Shown here: one piece after another, positions 21,133 through 30,477 of the stretch
How positions within the stretch are numbered: the stretch's first letter is position 1
Layout of the letters: every line of letters starts with the position of its first letter
DNA from: Desulfatiglandales bacterium
Lineage (GTDB): Bacteria > Desulfobacterota > DSM-4660 > Desulfatiglandales > HGW-15
Assembly (NCBI GenBank): GCA_963667015.2
Contig: CAXXJJ010000004.1
Span: 2,144,001-2,208,000, forward strand
Direction of reading: 5' to 3'
DNA: 64,000 bases
Made by a program: the position numbers and the translations under genes
Notes under the pieces: generated by a model
Database searches by the model: none
The model's input: the letters and a program-made list of their open reading frames with translations, nothing else
Told to the model about the DNA's origin: nothing

Positions 21133-21711
21133 CTATCTTTTTACCGAAATAATGCGTACATCCGCTACTTTCGTCTCCTGCCTCGGTTTTTTGATTTTAA
21201 AACTTTCATCACCAAACAGCCATATTTCCGGAATAATTTCTGCGATCAGTTCCCCTTCATTAAAAATACGCACCACAGAGCTTTCGGAAACCACTACGGC
21301 TATCGCATCGGTATCACGAGTAATTGAAGCGGCAGCTACGTGTCGGCTGCCCAGACCTAATGGCAGGTTTATAAAATCAGCCGATGCGTTTATATAGCGT
21401 GCTGCTGAAATTACCACACCATTACCATCAACAATAAAGGCCCCATCCAATTGGGCCAATTCTTTGATTGTTTCACGCATGTCAGGATCACAGATTTTCT
21501 TCTTTTCTGCCGGGTGACCGTAAAGGGGATCAAGGATCAAGGAACGAGATCTTTTTAAGACTTCCGTTTCATCAGAAAGAACAAAAATTGTACCTATCTT
21601 GCGCCCTTCTCGACCTTCCCGTGCGATTTCAACTGCCAGCTGGACTGTGTTTTCCAGTGTGTCGCTATCGCAATGCTTTTTTGAACCGCATAGTTTATTA
21701 AAATAATTCAT
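21133..21711 (-). CDS. Stand-alone diadenylate cyclase (DisA_N/DAC domain) protein
   Basis: EGREGRKIGTIF, ELAQLDGA, GLGSRHVAA, VVSES motifs. Confidence 0.85.
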   Translation of the reverse strand: MNYFNKLCGSKKHCDSDTLENTVQLAVEIAREGREGRKIGTIFVLSDETEVLKRSRSLILDPLYGHPAEKKKICDPDMRETIKELAQLDGAFIVDGNGVVISAARYINASADFINLPLGLGSRHVAAASITRDTDAIAVVVSESSVVRIFNEGELIAEIIPEIWLFGDESFKIKKPRQETKVADVRIISVKR

Positions 21712-21817
21712 GATTTCATAATCCAGTCATCTATCGTCTTCCTTTGCATAAGGCCGGCAACAAAAATCATCATGCACGATGATTTTAAGAGAGTTTCAAA
21801 ATCTGTTTTTTTCATTT

Positions 21818-22480
21818 TTATTCAGCCCTGTTTTTAAGCTCTTTCGCCTTTTCAGCAAGGAGGGACTTAAAACGATCCAGGGATACCGGATAGGGTACCA
21901 TGGGTATTCCCATCCAGTCACAATATTCAAGAAATTCTTCCGGGTTCTCAGCCATATACTCATCAATATAACCGAGACCATCCAAAACAACTGCACCTCC
22001 TGTATGTCTTGGAAAATTCTCATTGGCAGTGCCTTTATCCCAGCCTTTAAAAACTTCCTTGCGAAATTTAACCCAACCTGGGGTCATCCACCAGACCGGT
22101 TCACCACCGGCAACTTCTTCAGCGATCTGTTTCCGTTCATCTTCACTTGCCAGCATGTCCATGCAGTGGGAGGCTTCGATTCGGGCCACTTTCGCCCCCT
22201 GCTCTTCTATGATCGTTCGCATCAAACGTGTGGGCTGGTCTACATTGACATAGCAAAACTTTCCCCCGTAAATAACCAGGACCTTGTATCCGTTGTCCTT
22301 TGCATTTTTTATCTGCAGAATCAGCTGGCGTTCAAGTTCAGGAATATTCTGATGAAGGCCTGGGGTGTTATATATTATTCTGGCAGCATCCAAAAAGCCT
22401 TCGTCTTTTAAATGGTTTAATTCAAGACTCATTGTGCCGCAGGCAACAATAACGATATCGGAAAATGAAACTTTTTCCAT
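21818..22480 (-). CDS. DUF1638-like protein (family often linked to corrinoid activators)
   Basis: IVACGTM..EL, PGLH..I.EL, YGGKFC, HCMDML, WMTPGW motifs. Confidence 0.75.
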   Translation of the reverse strand: MEKVSFSDIVIVACGTMSLELNHLKDEGFLDAARIIYNTPGLHQNIPELERQLILQIKNAKDNGYKVLVIYGGKFCYVNVDQPTRLMRTIIEEQGAKVARIEASHCMDMLASEDERKQIAEEVAGGEPVWWMTPGWVKFRKEVFKGWDKGTANENFPRHTGGAVVLDGLGYIDEYMAENPEEFLEYCDWMGIPMVPYPVSLDRFKSLLAEKAKELKNRAE

Positions 22481-22499
22481 AGTATCCTCTTTTTAAACG

Positions 22500-22991
22500 T
22501 TATTTACATATTCCCACTACTTTATCCTGTAAAGTCTGAATCAAAGCCCCTATGTCGTAGCTGTCCGGATGCCCTTTTGCTGTCTTTGCATCTTCAATCC
22601 ATGGGGGTTGAGGATCTTTTAACCGGATCTTATCAAGAAAATTTTGACTGACTTCCCCCTGGCAGCTGTAAGTACCCATAATCTCTGCTGAAGGCGCCGA
22701 TGATATGGCAGATGCCATGGCGTTCTCTGCATGAGCCGACCCGGCAGCTGCGCCGTGTGTAGCGAAGAGGAAAAGTTTTGTTTTTCCAATTTTGGTTAAA
22801 TATTCAGCAGACTTCGGGTCAGGTTTGCCGGCCTGCAGCCAGAAGCCCAAAAAAACAAGATCATACCCTGAGGGTTCCGGCGCTTCATTGACAGCATATA
22901 TTTCATTTTCACAAATCAAATGATTTTCAATGACTTCTGCAAGTTTCATAGTATTTCCAGTCTGGCTTGAATAAACAATTAATGCTTTCAT
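22500..22991 (-). CDS. Flavodoxin-family protein
   Basis: YSSQTGNT.KLA, GFW..AG, FATHGA, CQG, KGHPD motifs. Confidence 0.9.
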   Translation of the reverse strand: MKALIVYSSQTGNTMKLAEVIENHLICENEIYAVNEAPEPSGYDLVFLGFWLQAGKPDPKSAEYLTKIGKTKLFLFATHGAAAGSAHAENAMASAISSAPSAEIMGTYSCQGEVSQNFLDKIRLKDPQPPWIEDAKTAKGHPDSYDIGALIQTLQDKVVGICK

Positions 22992-23046
22992 ATTTCCGTC
23001 TCCTTTCTTTAAGGTGAATCAGTTTTCCTCAAACACAATTGATACT

Positions 23047-23295
23047 TTAAGTTCTCCTAAATAGAATCCTACAGCCAGATCCGTCTTCAGTGATTCCGAT
23101 TAAATGATAGCTGGAACTGGGCAGAATTTTAAAAAGATCATCTTTAATTTTTGAATTTTCCGTGAGTATCTGTATGATTTCTCCTTTTTTTGCCGATCTG
23201 AATACCTGTGTCACCTTTAAAAGCGAAAAAGGTTTAATGAAAGTACGAAGATCGAGTGTATGGTCAATTTGCGGTTCCATATCAATATCTCCCAT
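23047..23295 (-). CDS. TusA/SirA-fold protein lacking the catalytic Cys
   Basis: LDLRTFIKPFSLLK...GEIIQIL pattern aligns by eye with TusA D.RG..CP.PLL; GAGGGG RBS before ATG 23295. Confidence 0.65.
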   Translation of the reverse strand: MGDIDMEPQIDHTLDLRTFIKPFSLLKVTQVFRSAKKGEIIQILTENSKIKDDLFKILPSSSYHLIGITEDGSGCRILFRRT

Positions 23296-23346
23296 AAATA
23301 CCCCCTCGATTATTTTCCCTTCATATTTTAGCACACTCCAAAAATA

Positions 23347-24051
23347 TCATGTAAAATATTCTCTCCGGTAATAAACAGAACTGCGGTCAAAATCCTCATA
23401 CAGCTTTTCAAGACGTGCATTTGCAATTTGTAATACCTGTTCCTTTTCATCATTTTCCTTTTCCGTCTGGTAACATGCAAGACAGCGTTGAATTTCATGT
23501 TTTTTCCCGAGACAGGTGACAATGAAATTGGCCATTAAAAATGTCTGGGCATTTTTATAATTGGAAAAATGTTCAACAGCAGGGACATATTCAGTTAAAA
23601 TATCAAAACTTACATCATTACCTTCTCTGGCGATATTTAAATAATCATCAATAGACAGGGTAGGTCCATGTTCTTCGGTATAACCGTCAAATTTAACAAG
23701 CATATCTTCCAGAGCAAACAGCTTCTCTTCTATTTCAATACCGGATTTTTTAAGTGTCCTGTAATCCTGCTGAAGATATCTGTTAGCTATCATAATTGCC
23801 TGGGACACATGAGGGCATAGGTTATGGGAACATCCCCTTGCATAGCACTTTCTGAATGAATATTCTTTCAGGTCTATGGTTCCTGAAAAATAGCACATAA
23901 AAACATGGGCCTGATAAGGACTGTCACGGTGCTGAAAATCTACAGGTATAACCTCAAAGGAGGTACTGCAGGTCACATCAGAACCTTTGCCTTTTAAAGA
24001 TATTATATCGATAATGCGGCCGGGGTGCAATTCAGCAGTTTTTTGTTCCAT
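23347..24051 (-). CDS. Hypothetical Cys-rich protein
   Basis: 234-aa ORF with RBS, in operon; CYARGCSHNLCPHV and CLAC motifs. Confidence 0.75.
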   Translation of the reverse strand: MEQKTAELHPGRIIDIISLKGKGSDVTCSTSFEVIPVDFQHRDSPYQAHVFMCYFSGTIDLKEYSFRKCYARGCSHNLCPHVSQAIMIANRYLQQDYRTLKKSGIEIEEKLFALEDMLVKFDGYTEEHGPTLSIDDYLNIAREGNDVSFDILTEYVPAVEHFSNYKNAQTFLMANFIVTCLGKKHEIQRCLACYQTEKENDEKEQVLQIANARLEKLYEDFDRSSVYYRREYFT

Positions 24052-24086
24052 CTCTGACTCCTCTCTGCTCAGTTCGGCAGCAATTT

Positions 24087-24461
24087 TTAATATGTAAAAA
24101 CAGCATTAGCTGTTAATGATTCCATTATCAGACGCCCGGCTGCTGTTGTTTCAGCGCCTTCAATAAGATCAGATTCCTCAATACCGCGTTCTTTAATACA
24201 CGGGACACATACCTTGAGCTCACCGCCAAGTTCAAGAAAGTCAGACATAAGTTTTGTAAATGGAGCAAAACCGCCCGGTTTTCCCAGGGTTTCCAGATAC
24301 CCTTTTTTAGCCAGCATAACACCTTCTCCCTGTAATACGATCATGGCCTTTATATCCATTGCAAGGGCACCGCCTGCCATTACAAATGGCATGGCAGCCT
24401 TCTCAAGATTTTCAGCAGCGTGAGTACACATAAGCATGACCTTTTCTTCTTTTTCTTCCAT
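24087..24461 (-). CDS. DsrE/DsrF-family sulfur relay protein
   Basis: A.MPFVMA..A, LQGEGV.LAKKG, VCVPC..ERGI motifs. Confidence 0.85.
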   Translation of the reverse strand: MEEKEEKVMLMCTHAAENLEKAAMPFVMAGGALAMDIKAMIVLQGEGVMLAKKGYLETLGKPGGFAPFTKLMSDFLELGGELKVCVPCIKERGIEESDLIEGAETTAAGRLIMESLTANAVFTY

Positions 24462-24531
24462 TACATATCTCCTTACAATTATTTAAATCCATATAGTCTT
24501 AATCCGGCAGTTCCCGGAAAATAATATTTTA

Positions 24532-25470
24532 TTAATTTTCAATTCCGGCGCACTGAGCAATTACAGATGATAAATCCACAACATCAGCCCCTGATTTTTT
24601 AAGATTATTAAGGCAAAGAGGACACATGGCCACGATTGGCGCTCCTGTAGTTTGTAATTCTTCTACCCTTCGTTCCATGACCTCTCTCGAAAGTTTTGGA
24701 GAAATGGACTCTGCCGGCCCTCCGCAGCATGATGTAAAGGCGCCTGAATTCTGCACATCCACGCATTCCACATCAAGCTGCCCCAGAACCTTTCTCGGGG
24801 CATCGGACAGTTCCAGATAGCGGCCGTAAAAGCATGGATCATGGATGGTCACCTTGCGGATGCCATTGACGGATTTAAGATTTATGAGTTCAAAATATGT
24901 CTTAACTTCAAAAGCAGCATCGGTGTATTTAGGGTAAAGAACCTTTAATGCATAGGTTGTGTGCGGATCGACTGTGATTATTTTTTTGATGCCAGCTCTT
25001 TTAAGTTTATCTGCAACATACCCGGCATGTTCTATAAAACTTTCCTGATCGCCAAGATCGTAGAGCAGGATACCGCTGTAAAAATCCAGCTTTGGATTGT
25101 AGTAAAAATCAACCCCGGATTTAATCAGCAGGCTGGCAATATTCCGAAGGATTACATTCGCCTTTTCCTTTTCATCCCCCGGAGTCATCATTACAATACC
25201 AGTGCCTGTTAAGCGTTTCGGCTGGTACCGCCCAAATCGTATAAAGCCGGCCAGTTTACTGTCTTCATATTTTTCCAGGTAGCGTGTGGTCGTTTCGATA
25301 TAAGGTACAAACTGATACATAAGACCCGTTAACAGAAGCGTTTCCCCTTCTCTGGGGAGAGACATCTTCTTCCACCAGGTATTAACCATAAATTTCGGCG
25401 CGCCAAAAGGACTCCTTGTCTTTTTTACATTGCCAGCAATAATATCGATCATGTGTTTTGGGTCGTACAT
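24532..25470 (-). CDS. CCG-domain Fe-S oxidoreductase (HdrB/HdrD-like)
   Basis: HDPCFYGR, SCCGGP, MCPLC; first CCG domain degenerate (YSG, TVDPH). Confidence 0.85.
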   Translation of the reverse strand: MYDPKHMIDIIAGNVKKTRSPFGAPKFMVNTWWKKMSLPREGETLLLTGLMYQFVPYIETTTRYLEKYEDSKLAGFIRFGRYQPKRLTGTGIVMMTPGDEKEKANVILRNIASLLIKSGVDFYYNPKLDFYSGILLYDLGDQESFIEHAGYVADKLKRAGIKKIITVDPHTTYALKVLYPKYTDAAFEVKTYFELINLKSVNGIRKVTIHDPCFYGRYLELSDAPRKVLGQLDVECVDVQNSGAFTSCCGGPAESISPKLSREVMERRVEELQTTGAPIVAMCPLCLNNLKKSGADVVDLSSVIAQCAGIEN

Positions 25471-25471
25471 G

Positions 25472-25774
25472 TCAGTTCCTCCTCCAATGGTCGATAACAA
25501 ACCTCTTAAGCCCCAGGATTACTTCTCCAGGGTTAGCTTCACGGGGACATGTCCGGGTGCAGAGTCCGCAATGGAGGCAGCGCCACAACTCATTGGGCTC
25601 TTCAAGTATCTTATCCCTTGCTCCCAGCTGTATATACCGGAGCATCCTTCGCGGAAAATGCTCATATATGAGCGGACAAATAGCCGCGCATGTCCCGCAG
25701 TTAAAACAATCCAGAGCCTTGTCCACTCCGTATTTCTCAAGTTCTTCTGCAAATTCAGGATTTACCTGTGTCAT
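25472..25774 (-). CDS. HdrC-like 2x[4Fe-4S] protein
   Basis: CFNCGTCAAICP and WRCLHCGLCTRTCPR. Confidence 0.88.
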   Translation of the reverse strand: MTQVNPEFAEELEKYGVDKALDCFNCGTCAAICPLIYEHFPRRMLRYIQLGARDKILEEPNELWRCLHCGLCTRTCPREANPGEVILGLKRFVIDHWRRN

Positions 25775-25851
25775 TCTTTTTCTCCTTCATTCATTTCATG
25801 CAACAAAAATAAAAGGGAAGGTATTTTGCTCCTGTCAGGAATTCTTACCAG

Positions 25852-26166
25852 TTATTCTTCTCCATGAGATATCTCCGCAAGCCTGTAGCGAAAATAGCCG
25901 CTATCTTTTGCGCCTTCCAAAATATCACCGTATTTTTTCATTGTTGCCAGATAATATAAGATGTCAGAGGCTGGCATACCTGTTCCTTCTGCCAGTTCCG
26001 GTACCGTCATGCCGCCATCCTTATTCAGTATTTCCCGAATAGCCTTAAAAGCCTTTTTCTGTTCTTTAACCCTGGCAGAGACCGCTGCAATCTTATCTTT
26101 TCGTTCATTTCGAAGCCTCTTCATGGCTTCTTTTTTTTGTTCCTGATCATTTTCAGTCTGCATCAT
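25852..26166 (-). CDS. Winged-helix domain protein
   Basis: MTVPELAEGTGM...ILYYLATMKKYG HTH pattern. Confidence 0.7.
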   Translation of the reverse strand: MMQTENDQEQKKEAMKRLRNERKDKIAAVSARVKEQKKAFKAIREILNKDGGMTVPELAEGTGMPASDILYYLATMKKYGDILEGAKDSGYFRYRLAEISHGEE

Positions 26167-26235
26167 TGAAAACCCTTTCCGGGACTATTTTAAGTATCCG
26201 GCGATTTTTTAATAAGAGTTATTTAAATCGGATCG

Positions 26236-28161
26236 CTATACCCATTGATCCGAAACGATCATATCCACCATGTTCTCATACTGTTTTAACGTCCACCCGC
26301 TGATATTGATAGCATTCTCCTCACAGACTGCAACACACGCACCGCATCCCGAGCACAGGGCAGGGAAGACCCCGGCATTGAGTCCGATCTCGCCGTTTAC
26401 TTCGGTTTCCACCATATTCAGGGCTCCCGGCTTCAGACACGCCTCGACACAGGCACCGCATCCCCTGCATTTCATGGTATCCACTTCTGCAACAAAGGGA
26501 TCCATTTCAACAAAACCTTTCCCTAGAATAGCAGAGGCTTTAACCGCTGCAGCACCAGCAGCATTGCACGCCTCTCCGATATCCATGGGTGCCTGACAGG
26601 TACCAGCCAGCATAATGCCCGAGACAGGGAGTTCTACCGGCCTGAGTTTTGGATGGACCTCCAGGAGAAACCTGTCTGTGCCGACCGGAAGCTTCATCAT
26701 ATCCACCAGTTCAGGGACAGGACTCGGTTCCATGCCCACACCGAGCACTACAAGATCCACAAGGACCTCCACCTCCTCACCGTACGTGAGGGTATCCTTG
26801 ACCTTTACCTGAAGAGGATATCCATCGGACGGGTTATTTTTAATAATTTCCGGGGATGAGTCCGCTTCAAATCGGAGGAAAATGACCCCGCTACCAGAAG
26901 CGTTACTATAGAGCTCTTCCTGCCCACGGCCATAAGCCCTGATATCCCTGTAGAATTCATATACCCGTGTACCGGGATATTCTTCACGAATCTGAGTGGC
27001 GTTAAATAACAGGGCGGAGCAGCATGTGCGGCTGCAATATTCATTCAGATTTCCGGCCTCGTCTCCATCGTGAATACCGGGAATCTGTCTGGAGCCGACA
27101 CAATGGATCATGGCAATGCTCCTGATCTTTCGTCCCTCCAACTCGAGGAATTTACCCTCTTTTCTGTTATCGCTTATCATTCTGATAAACTGAGGCAGGG
27201 TCACAACTTCTTCATACTGTTTATATCCATATTCACCGGACCTGGGTATGTAGGGCCTGAACCCGGTTGCAATCACTACAACGCCTGTCTCAACAGTTGA
27301 TTCTTCCGGCATTTGAGGAATGGTTCCGGGATAGATCCCCACAAAGGGAATAAACTGCCCTGTCTCTTTTCCTGACTCAATCATCTGTTTAATCTTTTCA
27401 TTGGCCTCATCAGACTCGGGAGGCTCGCTCTTTAATTTAAGATTAAAGTTACCGATATAGCCATCAAAACCGGTTACCTGGGTACAGGTTTTGACAGTGA
27501 TGGCCGGGTCTTCCAGTACATTCTTTGCCAGTTCAGAAAGGAGGTTAGGTACCTCTTCACCGGCAGGAGCAACCCGGTCCAACACTGCCGTCTGCCCCCC
27601 CAGAAAGGGAGATTTTTCAATAAGCACTACTTTAAATCCAAGGGTTGCCAGGTCTTTTACGGCCCTGAGCCCGGCAATCCCGCCCCCGATTACAGTAGCA
27701 TGCGGCCTGGCATCGACCTTCAGCGGCTCCATTGGTTTCATTTCCGTTACCTTGCCCACCGACGCTGCAACCAGCCTTGTGGCCTTATCGGTTGCCTCAT
27801 CACCATGATGAACCCAGCTCACCTGCTCTCTTATATTTGTATGCTCATACAGGTAGGGATTTACTCCTGCCCTGGACATGGTTCCACGAAAGGTGTCTTC
27901 ATGCAGGCTCGGGGCACAGGATGCCACTACAACACGGTCTATAAGCCCGTCCTGAAGGTCCCGGGCAATCAGTTCCTGTCCGGGATCAGAGCACATAAAC
28001 ATATTGGTTCGGGCAAGGGTCACACCTGGAATCTTCTCTGCCCTGTCACGTACCTTTTCTACATCAACATGATCAGAAATATTTCCACCGCAATAGCAGA
28101 TATAAACACCGACCCTGTTTTCCTGGCCTGTTATTTTTTTCTCTTTTAGCTCTTCCGTCAT
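26236..28161 (-). CDS. Heterodisulfide reductase subunit A-like flavoprotein
   Basis: VGVYICYCGGNI, MCSDPGQ, CAPSLHE, NIREQVSWVH, GGGIAG, HCVGSR, YCSRTCC, C-terminal ferredoxins. Confidence 0.92.
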   Translation of the reverse strand: MTEELKEKKITGQENRVGVYICYCGGNISDHVDVEKVRDRAEKIPGVTLARTNMFMCSDPGQELIARDLQDGLIDRVVVASCAPSLHEDTFRGTMSRAGVNPYLYEHTNIREQVSWVHHGDEATDKATRLVAASVGKVTEMKPMEPLKVDARPHATVIGGGIAGLRAVKDLATLGFKVVLIEKSPFLGGQTAVLDRVAPAGEEVPNLLSELAKNVLEDPAITVKTCTQVTGFDGYIGNFNLKLKSEPPESDEANEKIKQMIESGKETGQFIPFVGIYPGTIPQMPEESTVETGVVVIATGFRPYIPRSGEYGYKQYEEVVTLPQFIRMISDNRKEGKFLELEGRKIRSIAMIHCVGSRQIPGIHDGDEAGNLNEYCSRTCCSALLFNATQIREEYPGTRVYEFYRDIRAYGRGQEELYSNASGSGVIFLRFEADSSPEIIKNNPSDGYPLQVKVKDTLTYGEEVEVLVDLVVLGVGMEPSPVPELVDMMKLPVGTDRFLLEVHPKLRPVELPVSGIMLAGTCQAPMDIGEACNAAGAAAVKASAILGKGFVEMDPFVAEVDTMKCRGCGACVEACLKPGALNMVETEVNGEIGLNAGVFPALCSGCGACVAVCEENAINISGWTLKQYENMVDMIVSDQWV

Positions 28162-28202
28162 TTTAAATTCTCCAAATCAGCTTTAATAACCGGTTGAATT
28201 CA

Positions 28203-29513
28203 CTATGCCATTGCTGTCTTTTTTGATTCATCAATTATCTTTAAGTACTTCGCGGCTTCCATGGAAGCCGCACCTGATTCGGCAATAGAATCCACAATAT
28301 CCTTGGGACCAGCCGCAGCGCCCGTTACAAAAAAACCTTCCACATCAGTCAGTGTAGGACAGATCTTCGGCCGCACGGTCTTGATAAAACCATCCGATTC
28401 TATTGACACGTCACAACGCCCATCCGGATTCCAGCCGGGCACCAACCCCAGTGACAGGACAACAAGATCATGATCAAAAGTTGTTACACCTTCACCATCC
28501 TGAGCCTCATAACGAACCTTCACAAAACCGTTGTCACCTTCGTTGATAGTGGCTACCTTGGCCTTGACAAACTGGATTCCCATTGCCTGTGCATTCTGAA
28601 AAAACTGCTCATACCCCTTGCCAAAGGCACGAATATCCATGTAGTAGATTGTGATATCTGCAAGAGGCAGTGCGCCTGAAAGCAGCATTGCCTGTTTGAT
28701 CGCATACATGCAGCATACCCTTGAACAATAGGATATACCCATGCTTTTATCCCTTGAACCTGCACACTGGATAAAGGCAATGGAATCAGGTTCCATACCA
28801 TCTGAAGGCCTTAATACTCTGGAATAGGGACCATGAGGCGCCAGGAGACGCTCCATTTGAAGAGCATCTATTACATTGGGAATCTTACCTGCACCATATT
28901 GCGGTTTGTCCTCAATACCGGTCATTTCAAATCCGGTGGATATAATGGCAGTCTTTGCCTCAATACTGAAATCATATGACTCCTGTAAATAGTCCACTGC
29001 CTGAGTCGGGCAAACCTTTTCACATTTTCCGCAAAGCATGCAGTTTTCAGCATCGATAAGGGCTATCTGAGGAATAGCATTGGAAAAAGGAATATAGATG
29101 GCCTTCCTTGCAGACAAGCCGCCCTGTTCCTCATCAGAAACACAAACCGGACAGGCATACTCACACTTCCGGCAGCCAATACATTTATCAGGGTCCACAT
29201 AACGCGCCTTCTGGGTGATTGATGCGGTTATACCTTCTCCGGCCTTATCAAGAGAATTTAAATCGCAGTAGGTAAACAGGGTAATATTTTCGTGATGTGC
29301 AGCAGCCGCCATCTTGGGGGTGGTTATGCAGCTTGCACAGTCCAAAGTTGGAAACACCTTTGAAAGCCGAATCATCTTACCGCCTACTGAGGCATCTTTT
29401 TCTACAACAGCCACCTTATAACCCTGGTCAGCCAGGTCCAATGCGGACTGAAGGCCTGCAATTCCGCCCCCTATAACCAGGGTATCAAATGAAAATACTT
29501 TTCCGGATCCCAT
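28203..29513 (-). CDS. Short HdrA/QmoA-like flavoprotein
   Basis: GGGIAG, KVFPTLDCASCI, inserted ferredoxins, QCAGSRD, YCSRVCCMYAIKQ, GPKDI. Confidence 0.92.
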   Translation of the reverse strand: MGSGKVFSFDTLVIGGGIAGLQSALDLADQGYKVAVVEKDASVGGKMIRLSKVFPTLDCASCITTPKMAAAAHHENITLFTYCDLNSLDKAGEGITASITQKARYVDPDKCIGCRKCEYACPVCVSDEEQGGLSARKAIYIPFSNAIPQIALIDAENCMLCGKCEKVCPTQAVDYLQESYDFSIEAKTAIISTGFEMTGIEDKPQYGAGKIPNVIDALQMERLLAPHGPYSRVLRPSDGMEPDSIAFIQCAGSRDKSMGISYCSRVCCMYAIKQAMLLSGALPLADITIYYMDIRAFGKGYEQFFQNAQAMGIQFVKAKVATINEGDNGFVKVRYEAQDGEGVTTFDHDLVVLSLGLVPGWNPDGRCDVSIESDGFIKTVRPKICPTLTDVEGFFVTGAAAGPKDIVDSIAESGAASMEAAKYLKIIDESKKTAMA

Positions 29514-29530
29514 CAATTCCTCCCTCTATC

Positions 29531-29947
29531 CTATGCCTTACCGAATTCCGGCGGGCCTATTTTCTTGACCAGTTCATTCATTTCATTGACTTCTTTCAGG
29601 AATGCCCTGTTACAGACCGTACATATGGCGGTTAAGCGAAGCCTTCTTATGTCCAGGTTTTCCTGCTTCATCATTTCATAGACCCTGTCTATCCTTTTTG
29701 CCAGGACCTGATAGGCCCCTTCATAGGGACATTCAACCCCGCAGGACATAATCACTATTCCGCCGATCCCCTTTTTAAAGCAGTCCAGATAAAATTTTTC
29801 AGGAAATAGTGCAGGGGCAAGGACTCTTAAAATATAAGTGTTAGCCGGATAAGGGCTATGTGCCTGCCCAACGGAATTGGCCCCCGGATAGGCACAATGC
29901 TCTGTTGCAAGAATTAATATCTTTGTTTCCTGATCCTGAGTCGTCAT
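29531..29947 (-). CDS. MvhD/FlpD-like Fe-S subunit (atypical Cys pattern)
   Basis: CAYPGANSVG, YPAN..ILRV, SCGVECPY, RRLRL; adjacent to hdrA-like genes. Confidence 0.8.
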   Translation of the reverse strand: MTTQDQETKILILATEHCAYPGANSVGQAHSPYPANTYILRVLAPALFPEKFYLDCFKKGIGGIVIMSCGVECPYEGAYQVLAKRIDRVYEMMKQENLDIRRLRLTAICTVCNRAFLKEVNEMNELVKKIGPPEFGKA

Positions 29948-29958
29948 CTTCTTTTCAC

Positions 29959-30213
29959 CTATTTTTTTCTTCTGACAAAAAGCCTGTCATATCCATCAGC
30001 TTCGAGCAGTCCAAGATATTCATGCCCAACTTTTTTTGACCAGGCCGGAATATCATCCCTGGTTCCAGGATCGCCTGAAAGAATTTCCAGGACATCTCCT
30101 ACCTTGACCTTACCGATTCCTTTCTTTGCTTCCAGCAGGGGTCCAGGACATGCACTCCCTCTTGCATCTACAACACTTTCCACGTCGACTGAGCTAAGAT
30201 CTATTTCTGTCAT
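29959..30213 (-). CDS. tusA: TusA-family sulfurtransferase
   Basis: VDARGSACPGPLL...DPGTRDDIPAW; GGAG RBS before ATG 30213. Confidence 0.9.
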   Translation of the reverse strand: MTEIDLSSVDVESVVDARGSACPGPLLEAKKGIGKVKVGDVLEILSGDPGTRDDIPAWSKKVGHEYLGLLEADGYDRLFVRRKK

Positions 30214-30275
30214 TTTTAATCTCCTGTATTTTATTTTTTTCAAGGGTATCCTCGAAACATTAAATATGTTAACAA

Positions 30276-30292
30276 GGCAAAATTAATGCCAG
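30276..30292 (-). promoter_or_regulatory. sigma54 promoter of the tusA-mvhD-hdrA operon
   Basis: CTGGCATTAATTTTGCC on minus strand = GG-N10-GC. Confidence 0.85.
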
Positions 30293-30420
30293 AAGTCGTC
30301 AGCCCCGAATAACAGCTTTCTTATTTATTATAACTACTTGTTTTATATAGCTATTAATCTTCTATTATTATTTCCATTATATAAATCAGGGCGAATTTAT
30401 TTAATTTATTTGCATTAGAC

Positions 30421-30468
30421 ACGTTAACATGCTAACAATTTTGCTTAACATTTTGTTAACTGTTAACG
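30421..30468. promoter_or_regulatory. Candidate activator binding region (GTTAAC/TAAC repeats)
   Basis: Five TAAC-containing repeats between the sigma54 promoter and the divergent activator gene. Confidence 0.55.
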
Positions 30469-30477
30469 GAAAAAGTT

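Noticed and set aside
21779..22411. 210-aa plus-strand ORF (and similar long antisense ORFs at 25458-26042, 30975-31535, 49677-50216, 62595-63116)
   Set aside because: Shadows of well-supported genes on the opposite strand
26236..29947. Possible selenocysteine in HdrA or MvhD-like genes, which are often selenoproteins
   Set aside because: Frames are uninterrupted and end in TAG; no in-frame TGA
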